DNA of 64,000 bases from a virus. Its lineage: Duplodnaviria > Caudoviricetes. The stretch is taken from positions 4,257 to 68,256 of the IMG/VR virus record IMGVR_UViG_3300049859_000309; one strand, given 5' to 3'. The notes below the pieces were generated by a model, which saw only the letters and a list, made by a program, of their open reading frames with translations, did no database searches and was not told where the DNA came from. Below, in pieces: positions 53,501-61,719 of the stretch (the first letter of the stretch is position 1; each line of letters opens with the position of its first letter). Made by a program: the position numbers and the translations under genes.

Positions 53501-54093
53501 TCTAGGGTTATGTTTATAGCGTTTACGGCGTATTTGTCGAATTTATTACCTACTATGGTCAGACTGTATCTTTCGCCAAACATTGACTTTAGTTTTCGAA
53601 AGTATTCAAGAGCTACTTTTGGAGAATTTAACAGAATGTTTTTGCCTACAATATCATTAACTTCCGAGGAGACAGCTAGGCATCCGATTTCAGAGGCTTT
53701 TTGGACGTCATCCCAGTTCCACAATCCGTACTCTTCGCCGTTTAGCTGTATCTTATCCGCCCTGTTTTGAGACGATAGGGACGATAGCTTTTGGTACACT
53801 TCTTGCGTAGGGGCGTATAGCGTTAATTTAAAATATTTAGCCGAGGCGGCTTCGCTGGTTTGGATAATTGGACAGTTTCTGTCTTTAAAATATATTTCCA
53901 TACCAGCAACAAATTTTAGTTTATTTTTGGTAGCCAGCCCGTAAGCCTTATAAAGTCCAGACATGTAATTATGATCGGTATAGCTAAAATAGCTTCGGCC
54001 AAGCTTAACAGCTCGCTTCATGAATGTATCTATGGTAGAGCCAGATAAAGGCGTCTCTACGTGAGTGTGAGGGCTTCCGTTAAACTGAAACAA
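50509..54093 (-). CDS. dnaE: DNA polymerase III alpha subunit (family C)
   Basis: PHP HTH and YTDH; GAGRGSAAGSLLLYLIGITQIDP; FERF; PDVDCD; SVHASAFII; KYDFL; GFNKSHAVSY. Confidence 0.97.
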   Translation of the reverse strand: MFQFNGSPHTHVETPLSGSTIDTFMKRAVKLGRSYFSYTDHNYMSGLYKAYGLATKNKLKFVAGMEIYFKDRNCPIIQTSEAASAKYFKLTLYAPTQEVYQKLSSLSSQNRADKIQLNGEEYGLWNWDDVQKASEIGCLAVSSEVNDIVGKNILLNSPKVALEYFRKLKSMFGERYSLTIVGNKFDKYAVNAINITLEDKSKVWFMSSDYLHTNKAKKIKASELLENPDRHTDLIGGTKNGIYFSYNKKIKDVSLISGNVPIKDGDLQLKINKFFVQLSELDIKLLYSDYAYYAEADDKMVQDVKLFSEDKKEYVQRHMQTSEEAFDYLKNTLGLSDDQIANISNNQSKWLSQFDSFALKYQISLPKPETEETPLERTMRAIKELGRMRWDSPAHVARLKKEIETLHKNGTTDLLPYFFPLLRVYDEYRKHNEMVGAGRGSAAGSLLLYLIGITQIDPIKYDLSFERFINLIRIKMGNYPDVDCDFQSRTLLTGKDKHSGFLYETWGDRASQVSTRTLLRLKSSILDVNRFFNKGKVEPYVQSLSKSLPVAPQGISDLKFVFGYEDEDGVHTDGLIEGNEDFKEYVRRKPQEWEIVQKCLGISRQTSVHASAFIIADRPIRDVVPLFDDKFIQYEAKEVEKAGLIKYDFLVVKQLEDVQLCMELINKKSGKLDIPPYHIWHNDNFLNLHDLPEEEEVFKTVWDGETSTIFQLNTSGMASFTKKLKPKSILEVALILALYRPGPLDFIDPKTGRNMADEYVERRFGRSQPDIPELAELLPETSGVITYQEQVSKVSTELGGMHPDDAEELRRILSKKEKEKALKMKPVFMENAVKKLGLEKAETIWAQMETFSRYGFNKSHAVSYAVLSYQSMYLKYHYPLEWWAAVLSNADEGEISTELFKYVKDLVIAPDINYSGSQMTIDYDKNKIRAKLGVLKGVGEKSIAPIVENRPYKDILDYVKKDPAGPTLTRRLIHVGAMDSLFPASHSLLQKMQDYEDAVMQAKYDKNVETGKKKPVLKKGEIDPTYLTLSPLKDFQLKKAIFPTISSNLTELYLQHGSRKNEGSPESPLISTPRGEMYFLRNGDWMQRLDIMKDIGPKNINFLIVGYVIDCKEFTYSENTKKALKVVIDCDGHIIEKVMWPDYDTGKLGAPKDIKKGSVCLFLMQKRAAKKAMYGKPAKESSPSSIVEIIVESV

Positions 54094-54100
54094 TTATCAC

Positions 54101-54736
54101 CTACTGTTCGATCAATTCTAGAATACTTTTTGAAGAAACGCCAGCATTATCTTTTAAGTTTTTGACTAGTTCGATCATGGCTTTATATACCTTGATGCAC
54201 AGCAACACATCGACTTTGGCGTCATGCGTTCCGCTAACATCAAACCCGAAATGCTTGCCAATCGAAGTAAGGTTTCCTACTTCTTTGGGCATTAGTCCAA
54301 CAAGCTTTAAAAAATTGGTGACTGGAAGCGTATCTACTATGCGATAGTGAAACAAAAGCTCTGCCTCGGCCCTAGGCATGATTTGAAAATTTAACATGTC
54401 TTTGTCAAAATAAACGTTATGGCCTAGTAGTTGAGGTCTAGCGTCTTTTCTTTTAGAGGCTGTATTCTTTACAACAAAGTCTTTAATTTTTTGGGAAGCC
54501 TCGGCTCGACTAATAAGATCTGGACGAGCTAGGTGTTTTTGCATATCGATTCCATTGACAGCAAGAGCCTCTTCTTCAAGAACGTCAAAAGGAGCTTCTG
54601 GCCTAATTGCCAGATCTAAAGAATCTAAGGGACTAAGATCCTCATCTAAAGCCAGCATATACATGGTAAGTATTGGGTTTTTTTCAGGATTTGTTCCGCC
54701 AGTTTCTGTATCGAATCCAATATACTTACAGCTCAT
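54101..54736 (-). CDS. DEDDh 3'-5' exonuclease (DnaQ/epsilon-like)
   Basis: FDTETGG, GHNVYFD, HDAKVD motifs; adjacent to dnaE. Confidence 0.9.
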   Translation of the reverse strand: MSCKYIGFDTETGGTNPEKNPILTMYMLALDEDLSPLDSLDLAIRPEAPFDVLEEEALAVNGIDMQKHLARPDLISRAEASQKIKDFVVKNTASKRKDARPQLLGHNVYFDKDMLNFQIMPRAEAELLFHYRIVDTLPVTNFLKLVGLMPKEVGNLTSIGKHFGFDVSGTHDAKVDVLLCIKVYKAMIELVKNLKDNAGVSSKSILELIEQ

Positions 54737-54960
54737 ATATCCTCAATCTTTAATTTATCTCTTACGTTTTCTAGTATAGTATCAAATTTTTGTTTTAGTT
54801 CGTTTTCGCTCATCATCAGAGCTTTAGCTATGACCCCATCATCTTTAGCGCCGTCTGGATGTTTTTTTTGAAAAACTTCTATAGAGTTTTCATATTTTGG
54901 CATATTGATAAAGTCTTCATCTTCGTTTACTTTTTTAACAAGGTCTTCTTGTTTAATCAT
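54733..54960 (-). CDS. Small protein with possible C-terminal HTH
   Basis: DGVIAKALMMSENELKQKFDTILENVRDKL resembles sigma region-4-type HTH. Confidence 0.6.
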   Translation of the reverse strand: MIKQEDLVKKVNEDEDFINMPKYENSIEVFQKKHPDGAKDDGVIAKALMMSENELKQKFDTILENVRDKLKIEDI

Positions 54961-55340
54961 TTTTTCTCTCCGAACACCAGTAGTTTCCCAGTATTGTTTT
55001 TTTCGCTTAATATCGCCTGATGCTTACTTTGTAAAATTTTTATATCTTTATCTATTTTTTTTAAAGCCTCGGTCACCGTTTTTAAATCCAGATCTAATGA
55101 GTCTAGCTGCGCCTCTGACTTCAAAAGCCCATTTTTTATGATTGAGAACTCTGTAAAGGAGGATATGACCCCATCTTTTTTAAGATGTTTAATATTGCTA
55201 TTAAGCAGATCGCGCCTTAGAGAAACTTCCGTTTTTAAATTTTTTAACTTATCGGCCCAGAACAGCGCCTTGTCTTGTTCGGATTTAAGCTTAGCTAGTT
55301 CAAATTGAATCATTTCTTCTTGCTCTTCTATTGTTGCCAT
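54957..55340 (-). CDS. Coiled-coil hypothetical protein
   Basis: Heptad-rich 127 aa. Confidence 0.7.
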   Translation of the reverse strand: MATIEEQEEMIQFELAKLKSEQDKALFWADKLKNLKTEVSLRRDLLNSNIKHLKKDGVISSFTEFSIIKNGLLKSEAQLDSLDLDLKTVTEALKKIDKDIKILQSKHQAILSEKNNTGKLLVFGEKK

Positions 55341-57073
55341 TATTTTTTAGGCTTAAAAGCGCTACCTTTAATAATCATATACAGTTGTTTTTGGCCACCT
55401 TTATATACGGCTCCAGAACATAATATCCAAGTTTGTGGTCCAGAGTTGTATCCGTGTCGCTCATGAGTAGTGTGTCCTACAGTAAACGTGTCGTGATATA
55501 TACTCGGCGTGTGAGAGTGAGCTATCATTGCGTTACCATAAGCTAGCTCGTGACCAATTTTGCTTCCCTTTGCTCCACCCAAACCCAAATGTCCGTGAGC
55601 GCCCATCTGGACACCCTCGACAAAAAAATCATCATTTTCATCAGTCCACTTCATTTTATTTTCTGGATCTAAGTATTCTTTTAATGGATTTTTTCCATCT
55701 AAGGACATCACGACCATTCGGTGCCCTATATCGTAATTTTCACGACAGTCGTTTACATATCTAGCTTCTTCAAGATAACGCATAACGTGCTCTGGGTGAT
55801 TTGATGCTGTAGCTATTATCTCAGCATCCGCAGGAGCTTTTTTGAAAACAGACTCAAGAATTTGCCTAGCTTCTCGTATTTCCGTAGGAAGGTCTTTAAA
55901 GAAAGGAATAAGCTTAGCTTTTGTGACCCTCTTGTTTTGCAAATGATGTGAGATACTGCTCCCATCAAAGAAATCTTCTAGAAATATTTTTTTAGGTTTG
56001 ATTATTTTCCATAGCTTGTATAGGGCTTCGAGGGCCATGTCGTTATGGTGACCCGGGTGCAGATCGCCCATCTTAAAAGCTTCCGCTCTTTCTTCCGTAA
56101 CCCTACCATCAGCGTGATACCTAGTGCCAAGATCAACGAAGCTGCCGTTCTTAACATCAAACTGAACCTGTCTAATCCAGAACACATCTCCTCTGATCTC
56201 AACAATTAATCCACCAAGTTTATGATCTTCATTTGCGATCATGCCGATTCGATTTCGCAAATAGCTTGGCTTGGTAATCGTTCCTGTTGAGTGAATAATT
56301 CTTGGATGGCTAGCGTTTCCAGTAGGAACAACTTCAAGCATTTGTTTAGAATGCGCTACAATTACAGAGGTCTTAAGACGTTTAATCTCAGCTCCCTTAC
56401 CATTAGTTTCCGTATACTTATGAACGCGCAATCGTTTAAGGCCAGTCAAAGGGTTGATTTGTTGAGGGTTTATGTAGGCCTCAATTGCCTTTAGGTGTGA
56501 GTTAAATGTGTACTCGGTAGCAAAATTTTTCTTATAATCTTTTAGCTTGGGATCATAATGGTTGGGTTGGGATTGCAAAGGTTTTACGTGGGCTGGCATA
56601 GGCAAAATAACCAGCTCAGCCTTTTGTCTTTTTAAAAAGTTTTGAACAGACGCAAATCCCTGATCAAAAAGGTTTCTAGCCAATACGTCTTCTCCATTTT
56701 TTGCCCTAACTTTATCTTCTTCCGTCCAATCCAAATGATTGGTTGGAGACACAGCTGTAATAAAAAACGTTCCCTCTTGATGATTATTTTCTTTGATGAT
56801 CGAGCCAAGCGTCTCTTTTGTAAAATCTTCAAGGGAATGTGGTTTTTTCTTAGTTTTTGCTGCGGGTGGCCAAAAAGAATCACGAACATGACTCAGTCCA
56901 CCAGAAGATCTAAGAGTCCAGTCCGTAAGACCAGCGGCAAAAAGATCGTACTTACCTACACTTCTAGGTTCGATTTTTTTGTCTTTAGCTATGTTTAATA
57001 TAAGCTTCTTAACTTTAAGCATCTGCTCTTGGCGAGATGCTTTTTCGTTGCTGTCTTTTTTGGACTTGGACAT
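55340..57073 (-). CDS. Calcineurin-like metallophosphoesterase with large N-terminal extension
   Basis: GDLH, EDFFDG, SNH, HGH, AHSH motifs in the C-terminal half. Confidence 0.75.
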   Translation of the reverse strand: MSKSKKDSNEKASRQEQMLKVKKLILNIAKDKKIEPRSVGKYDLFAAGLTDWTLRSSGGLSHVRDSFWPPAAKTKKKPHSLEDFTKETLGSIIKENNHQEGTFFITAVSPTNHLDWTEEDKVRAKNGEDVLARNLFDQGFASVQNFLKRQKAELVILPMPAHVKPLQSQPNHYDPKLKDYKKNFATEYTFNSHLKAIEAYINPQQINPLTGLKRLRVHKYTETNGKGAEIKRLKTSVIVAHSKQMLEVVPTGNASHPRIIHSTGTITKPSYLRNRIGMIANEDHKLGGLIVEIRGDVFWIRQVQFDVKNGSFVDLGTRYHADGRVTEERAEAFKMGDLHPGHHNDMALEALYKLWKIIKPKKIFLEDFFDGSSISHHLQNKRVTKAKLIPFFKDLPTEIREARQILESVFKKAPADAEIIATASNHPEHVMRYLEEARYVNDCRENYDIGHRMVVMSLDGKNPLKEYLDPENKMKWTDENDDFFVEGVQMGAHGHLGLGGAKGSKIGHELAYGNAMIAHSHTPSIYHDTFTVGHTTHERHGYNSGPQTWILCSGAVYKGGQKQLYMIIKGSAFKPKK

Positions 57074-57081
57074 AGTAACCT

Positions 57082-57621
57082 CTACTGTTGAGCTTCAGCG
57101 CTAGGGGCCTGTTCTTGACTAGGAACTGTAATTTCGTAAATTTCTTCGATTTCTAATGCAATTTTATTGTCATTAAAAGAAACTACGTCCATTACTCGCT
57201 TACCTTTTAAGGTCTCTTGAGCTTCTTTCTTTAATTCAGATAAAGCAATTTGAATTCTTGGGTTTAAAACTTTTTTAGTATCGGCTTCAATTTCTCGACC
57301 GACAATAAAAGAACTTTCCGTAACTTCTTCAGAGGATGTAAGGAATCCAGCCTGTACACTATAGTCCAGTTTTTGTTTTAATTCTTGAACGTTGTTGTCG
57401 ACCATGAATTCGCTAATTTCGGAATCGGTCAGTTCGACGCCTTTTTTTCTGGCTAATTTTACGGTAGCATCAAGCTTGTTAGCTAGCATTTTAAGAGCGC
57501 TTTGTGTCATCTCTTGTGTCTGAATTAAATTTCGCAAAGTACCGTCTACGGCGTACATCGCTTTTTCCAATCCTTCTAGGCGCTGAGAGGCCGATAGGTT
57601 TTTCGTTTTCATCTGTTCCAT
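57082..57621 (-). CDS. Hypothetical protein
   Basis: 179-aa ORF, N-terminal coiled coil. Confidence 0.7.
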   Translation of the reverse strand: MEQMKTKNLSASQRLEGLEKAMYAVDGTLRNLIQTQEMTQSALKMLANKLDATVKLARKKGVELTDSEISEFMVDNNVQELKQKLDYSVQAGFLTSSEEVTESSFIVGREIEADTKKVLNPRIQIALSELKKEAQETLKGKRVMDVVSFNDNKIALEIEEIYEITVPSQEQAPSAEAQQ

Positions 57622-58545
57622 TTATTCTCCTGTTTGTTTCTTGTTTTGTTGAACTGCTCTAACTATAGTCTGTATCGAGGCAAGACTAGGATTTCTAGCT
57701 TGTTGATTCATATACATATACTCTTGCTGCTCCGCTGAGGGCATTGGAGCTGCTTTTTTACTGCCGACTCTTAAAGATGCCTGTCGAGCAGCAGCTCTCT
57801 GATTTCTTTCAGCCATTTCTTGAGGTGTCATTAAATGCAATGGTTTTTCAATAGGTCTATCATCAATAACCTTTTCTTTAACGATTTGTTTTTTTTGCGC
57901 AGGCTGAGGCTGTCTAACTTGTTGCTGTACTGGTTTAGACTGGACCTGCTTTGGCTGCCCTATAGATTTAATAGTGTTTGAGGGAGCTGCTGGCTGATTA
58001 ATCTTAGCTATTGTGTTTGAGACAGGTTTTACTTGCTTAGGAACATCTTTAACTTTTTCCGTTACTCCGCCACTAGCCTTAGCTAAAAACTTTTTAAGCA
58101 AGTCCACTTCCATTTCCGTCAATCCTGACATGGAGCTGGTCTGTCGAGTGCTAATAGGGACAAGTTTAGGGTCAGGCTTAAGACCTAATAAGACCTCAAG
58201 CCTTTCTTTTGCAAAATTCCTAATCTCTCTCTGAACATTCTTGATAGCTTTAGGGTTAGCGTCAACATCGGCAAAAAAATCATGAGCAATTACCATTTCG
58301 TATAGACGACCTTGATCTAGCCTTAATCTAGCGCTAGTAACAAGCTCCGTATCGTGCTCAAGCTCTTCGTCTTCACTTAAGAAGTCCTGAGCTTGTTCAA
58401 ACTGAACTTCCTCTTCGGGAAGACTTTCTTGAGCTTCTTGGTATTGGCCACGCTCTAGCTGATCGAATTCTTCTTCAGACAAGACTTCGTCCGAAGGCGA
58501 AGCCATGTCAAATCCGTCAAAAAGATTGCCGTTAAGTTTTTTCAT
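57622..58545 (-). CDS. Hypothetical protein, acidic N-terminus and Q/P/K-rich linker
   Basis: 307-aa ORF with GAGG RBS, GATACTATA motif upstream (58562-58570). Confidence 0.7.
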   Translation of the reverse strand: MKKLNGNLFDGFDMASPSDEVLSEEEFDQLERGQYQEAQESLPEEEVQFEQAQDFLSEDEELEHDTELVTSARLRLDQGRLYEMVIAHDFFADVDANPKAIKNVQREIRNFAKERLEVLLGLKPDPKLVPISTRQTSSMSGLTEMEVDLLKKFLAKASGGVTEKVKDVPKQVKPVSNTIAKINQPAAPSNTIKSIGQPKQVQSKPVQQQVRQPQPAQKKQIVKEKVIDDRPIEKPLHLMTPQEMAERNQRAAARQASLRVGSKKAAPMPSAEQQEYMYMNQQARNPSLASIQTIVRAVQQNKKQTGE

Positions 58546-58575
58546 ATCATACCTCTGTCAGTATAGTATCGTTAA

Positions 58576-60480
58576 TTACTTGACTGGGCATACACCACCC
58601 ACGCACTCAAAGCTGTCCATGATATCTTCTTCATTTACATCTCCAGAAACAATAGGCTGAACTAAAGCAGAGTATTCCTCATACTGCTCTTTTGTTATTT
58701 CTTCTAAAGGAGCCTGTTTAAAACCGTGCTCGCTATGAAGCAAAAAGCTTACAGATTTTACCCCATCGTTATAGTTTTCTTTTAGCCATTTTTTAATAGA
58801 CTCAAGCTCTTCTTTTTTATAATAAACTGTACAGCTTACAGAATTATCAGACCACTCTGTCTGAAGACGTTTTACGTACTCTAATTGTTGAACCGCTGTC
58901 GTATTTTCGGCTAAGATAGTTCCCTCTGGAACCTTAACAGGAAAAGATACCACTACGGTGTTTTTATCTTCTGTCCCATCAAAGTTTTTTTGATATTCAG
59001 AATGATATCCATGCTTTCGGCACAGATTTGCTAACGGACTGCTAGACGATATGCGTATTCTTCTGATCATGTATTGAGAATAGGCGGGATGAACTCCAGA
59101 CGTAACACCAGCCAATAAGCTTAAAGTCCCGCTCGGCTTGACGGTTGTTATTTTTACTGAGGTTGGCCATTTCATTTTAGCAGAGTACTCGACATCAAAA
59201 GATCTTAATTCTTTATAGGTATCGGAAAGCCAAGATCTTTGCTCTTCCGTTGCTTGAAGATATCCAGTAACGCCTATGCCCATTCTCATATTTTTATGAA
59301 CTATTTCTTCAGTTTCTTTTAAATGACAGGGAAGAGATAGTGAGTGTTTGTTTATCCTGTAAAGATATTTAGCCGTTTTAATAAGATCTTCTTTTGATTC
59401 TATGTTTGGTAAAAAAATCTCAGCCAAACAGCACGTCTCGTAAGGTGCTAGCGATTGCTCAGCACAAGGATTATATCCAGCAACGTCTGGGTCAGGATAT
59501 TGAGTCTCGCCCAATCTACCAACTTTTCTTGACAAGGCTAGGTTTATTAGACCAAACGGCTCTCCATTACCGTCATAGCCTTCCCAGAACTGCTCAGGGA
59601 GCTTTTCAATATCATTACAAACAACGGAGTTATTTGACATAGCTCTGTAATTCGGAATATTTCCAAGATCCCATCTTTTTGATGCTAGGTACTGCAAATC
59701 ATCTGCGTCACCAATAGCTATTTCTGCCGACCTTCTTACATTGCCAGCTACAACAATAGAGCCTATAACATTCATCACATCTAGAGCATCTATTGGTCTG
59801 ATTTTTTTACCAGCTCTGTTGTTTAAAATCTTGTTTATCTCAGCAATCCCGACACAAAGCTCTTCTGGGCCAGAAGCCGTTCCTCCAAAGCCTTTGATAG
59901 GAGTTCCTTTTCCTCTAACTAAAACAGTTGAGTATGTAAAATCTTCCCCGTTTTCAAAATGGGCTTTTAGGGTCATTTCCAATAGCTTGATCCAGCCCTC
60001 TCTTTTGTCGGGAACTATAAAATCAGCATCGTTTGTTTCCTGTCTGACAATTTTAACTTTTTTAATTTTAGGAAGCTGGTATACGTACTCTCTTTGGATA
60101 TTGAATCCCACTCCACACCCAAGCATCAAAGCATCCATAGTCCAAATAAAAGAATTGATACTGTCGACAGTAGTAAAAGCACAGTTCTGTAAAGAAAGAA
60201 GGCCTAGACGAGAAACTGTTTTTGTCCCTAACTGCCACCAAAAACGCCCCGCAACAGAACCTTTCAGATTTAAAAAAATATCCTTAAGTTCCGCCTCTTC
60301 TTCTGCAGAAAAATTGCAACGCAATTGGCTTCTGCACGCCTTAATAATTCTGTCGATCGTTTCTTCATATTCTTCTGTTTTTGAATTTATATCGTTTTCT
60401 GAAGTCCTTCTGGAGTAGGTTCTTTTAAATGTAATATAACCAAGAGGTCCCCACTTAATAGCTCTAGTAACTTTATTCAT
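58576..60480 (-). CDS. nrdJ: Class II (adenosylcobalamin-dependent) monomeric ribonucleotide reductase
   Basis: AGRFWWQLG, LQNC, NVRRSAEI, NPCAEQSL..YETCCLAE, TTVKPSGTLS, C-terminal CVGGVCPVK; likely start MNKVTR at 60480. Confidence 0.93.
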   Translation of the reverse strand: MNKVTRAIKWGPLGYITFKRTYSRRTSENDINSKTEEYEETIDRIIKACRSQLRCNFSAEEEAELKDIFLNLKGSVAGRFWWQLGTKTVSRLGLLSLQNCAFTTVDSINSFIWTMDALMLGCGVGFNIQREYVYQLPKIKKVKIVRQETNDADFIVPDKREGWIKLLEMTLKAHFENGEDFTYSTVLVRGKGTPIKGFGGTASGPEELCVGIAEINKILNNRAGKKIRPIDALDVMNVIGSIVVAGNVRRSAEIAIGDADDLQYLASKRWDLGNIPNYRAMSNNSVVCNDIEKLPEQFWEGYDGNGEPFGLINLALSRKVGRLGETQYPDPDVAGYNPCAEQSLAPYETCCLAEIFLPNIESKEDLIKTAKYLYRINKHSLSLPCHLKETEEIVHKNMRMGIGVTGYLQATEEQRSWLSDTYKELRSFDVEYSAKMKWPTSVKITTVKPSGTLSLLAGVTSGVHPAYSQYMIRRIRISSSSPLANLCRKHGYHSEYQKNFDGTEDKNTVVVSFPVKVPEGTILAENTTAVQQLEYVKRLQTEWSDNSVSCTVYYKKEELESIKKWLKENYNDGVKSVSFLLHSEHGFKQAPLEEITKEQYEEYSALVQPIVSGDVNEEDIMDSFECVGGVCPVK

Positions 60481-61093
60481 CTTTGCTGTTTTTCCTTTTG
60501 AAGTTTTTAAAAGTGTATTGATAGTATGCGTACCCAAGTAAGATACCGTCACACGTATCATTATCTTTAAGTTTAAAGTCTAAATTAAATATTTCTTTTA
60601 CTCGTCTTACGTTGACGTGTTTTTTGGTAATCTTTCCAAGAACTTTACCGTTTTCGTCTTTGGCAATCTTTTTGCCAGTCTTATCTTTTATTTTTTTCGA
60701 TAGCTTGTTTTGTTTTGATTCGGCACCAGTCTGCCTTGCTCCGACAGCTTCCCTCCATTCGCCTACCATAAAATAGCGAGATTTTAGTCCGTTCTGAATA
60801 ATATACTCGGCTACCAAATAGTGTGTAAATTCTAATATTTTTTGCGAAAAGTTGTTTTGAGATTTTGTAGTCTCTTCTATTACGATAACATCGGCTCTCT
60901 CGATTCTTATCTTGTCAATAATAGGCTTAGCAATCTGGACTGCCCACGAAACATAGTCGTGGGGATAGTCCAGCTTAGGCTTTTCGACTTTTGGAATCTG
61001 CCCATAAGATTGGAGTTCGTACTTATCTTCATAAGCGATGCCTACACTCCAGCCAGTTTTTGAGCTGATGTCCAAACTTAGAATCTTGACCAT
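60473..61093 (-). CDS. RuvC-like Holliday junction resolvase
   Basis: ILSLDISSKTGWSV, IVIEE, DNDTCDGILLG. Confidence 0.8.
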   Translation of the reverse strand: MVKILSLDISSKTGWSVGIAYEDKYELQSYGQIPKVEKPKLDYPHDYVSWAVQIAKPIIDKIRIERADVIVIEETTKSQNNFSQKILEFTHYLVAEYIIQNGLKSRYFMVGEWREAVGARQTGAESKQNKLSKKIKDKTGKKIAKDENGKVLGKITKKHVNVRRVKEIFNLDFKLKDNDTCDGILLGYAYYQYTFKNFKRKNSKDE

Positions 61094-61381
61094 TTAAGTC
61101 TTGCCACCTTTTTCGCCAATTAAATGAAGAACATACTGCATTTTAACCTTAAGAGCTTTTTGAACGTCTGTGTATGGACCCGTCATCTCTTTTAGCTCGT
61201 CTCTTTTTTGAATAATTTCTTTTTTATTTTTAAGCTCGTCCTCTACCTTTTGGCGTTCTTTTGTATAGTCAAGCAAACGTTTGTCTAGTTCCTCGACGGA
61301 TAAGCGATCAACAGTTTCGCAAAAATCAGGATAATCTTTCTGCGCCTTAAATTTTGGCGATGCATCTTTTTCTTTTTTCAT
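61094..61381 (-). CDS. Hypothetical coiled-coil protein
   Basis: 95-aa ORF with GGAG RBS. Confidence 0.7.
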   Translation of the reverse strand: MKKEKDASPKFKAQKDYPDFCETVDRLSVEELDKRLLDYTKERQKVEDELKNKKEIIQKRDELKEMTGPYTDVQKALKVKMQYVLHLIGEKGGKT

Positions 61382-61383
61382 AC

Positions 61384-61719
61384 CTACTCCTTGTTAAATT
61401 TGGGCATTCTTTTAAATGCGTTTTTTGAATCTAATAATTGAATAAAATTTTCTAATAGAAGCAGGTGGACAGCTTCGGCCTCAGATAGATCTTTTTTATC
61501 CATTCTTAGGTTAAGCCTATTACCGACATATGAAGATATAGTATCTCCTCGAATCTTAGAAAGATCAAAATAACTTAGATTTATTTCAGATCCGTTCATT
61601 AAAAGATGTTTTTGTAGAATGGCATTCAATAAAGCCCTTCTGTCTTGGCGGCCAAGCTCGTCCTCTTTAGAAAAATAAAAATTTAATTCCATTTCTAGCT
61701 CTTCCGATATCTTACTCAT
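61384..61719 (-). CDS. Hypothetical protein
   Basis: 111-aa ORF coupled to the SbcC-like gene. Confidence 0.7.
   Translation of the reverse strand: MSKISEELEMELNFYFSKEDELGRQDRRALLNAILQKHLLMNGSEINLSYFDLSKIRGDTISSYVGNRLNLRMDKKDLSEAEAVHLLLLENFIQLLDSKNAFKRMPKFNKE

Noticed and set aside
50509-54093. Intein in DnaE
   Set aside because: No Cys/Ser-start block, no His-Asn/Cys junction and no LAGLIDADG motifs; the total length is ordinary
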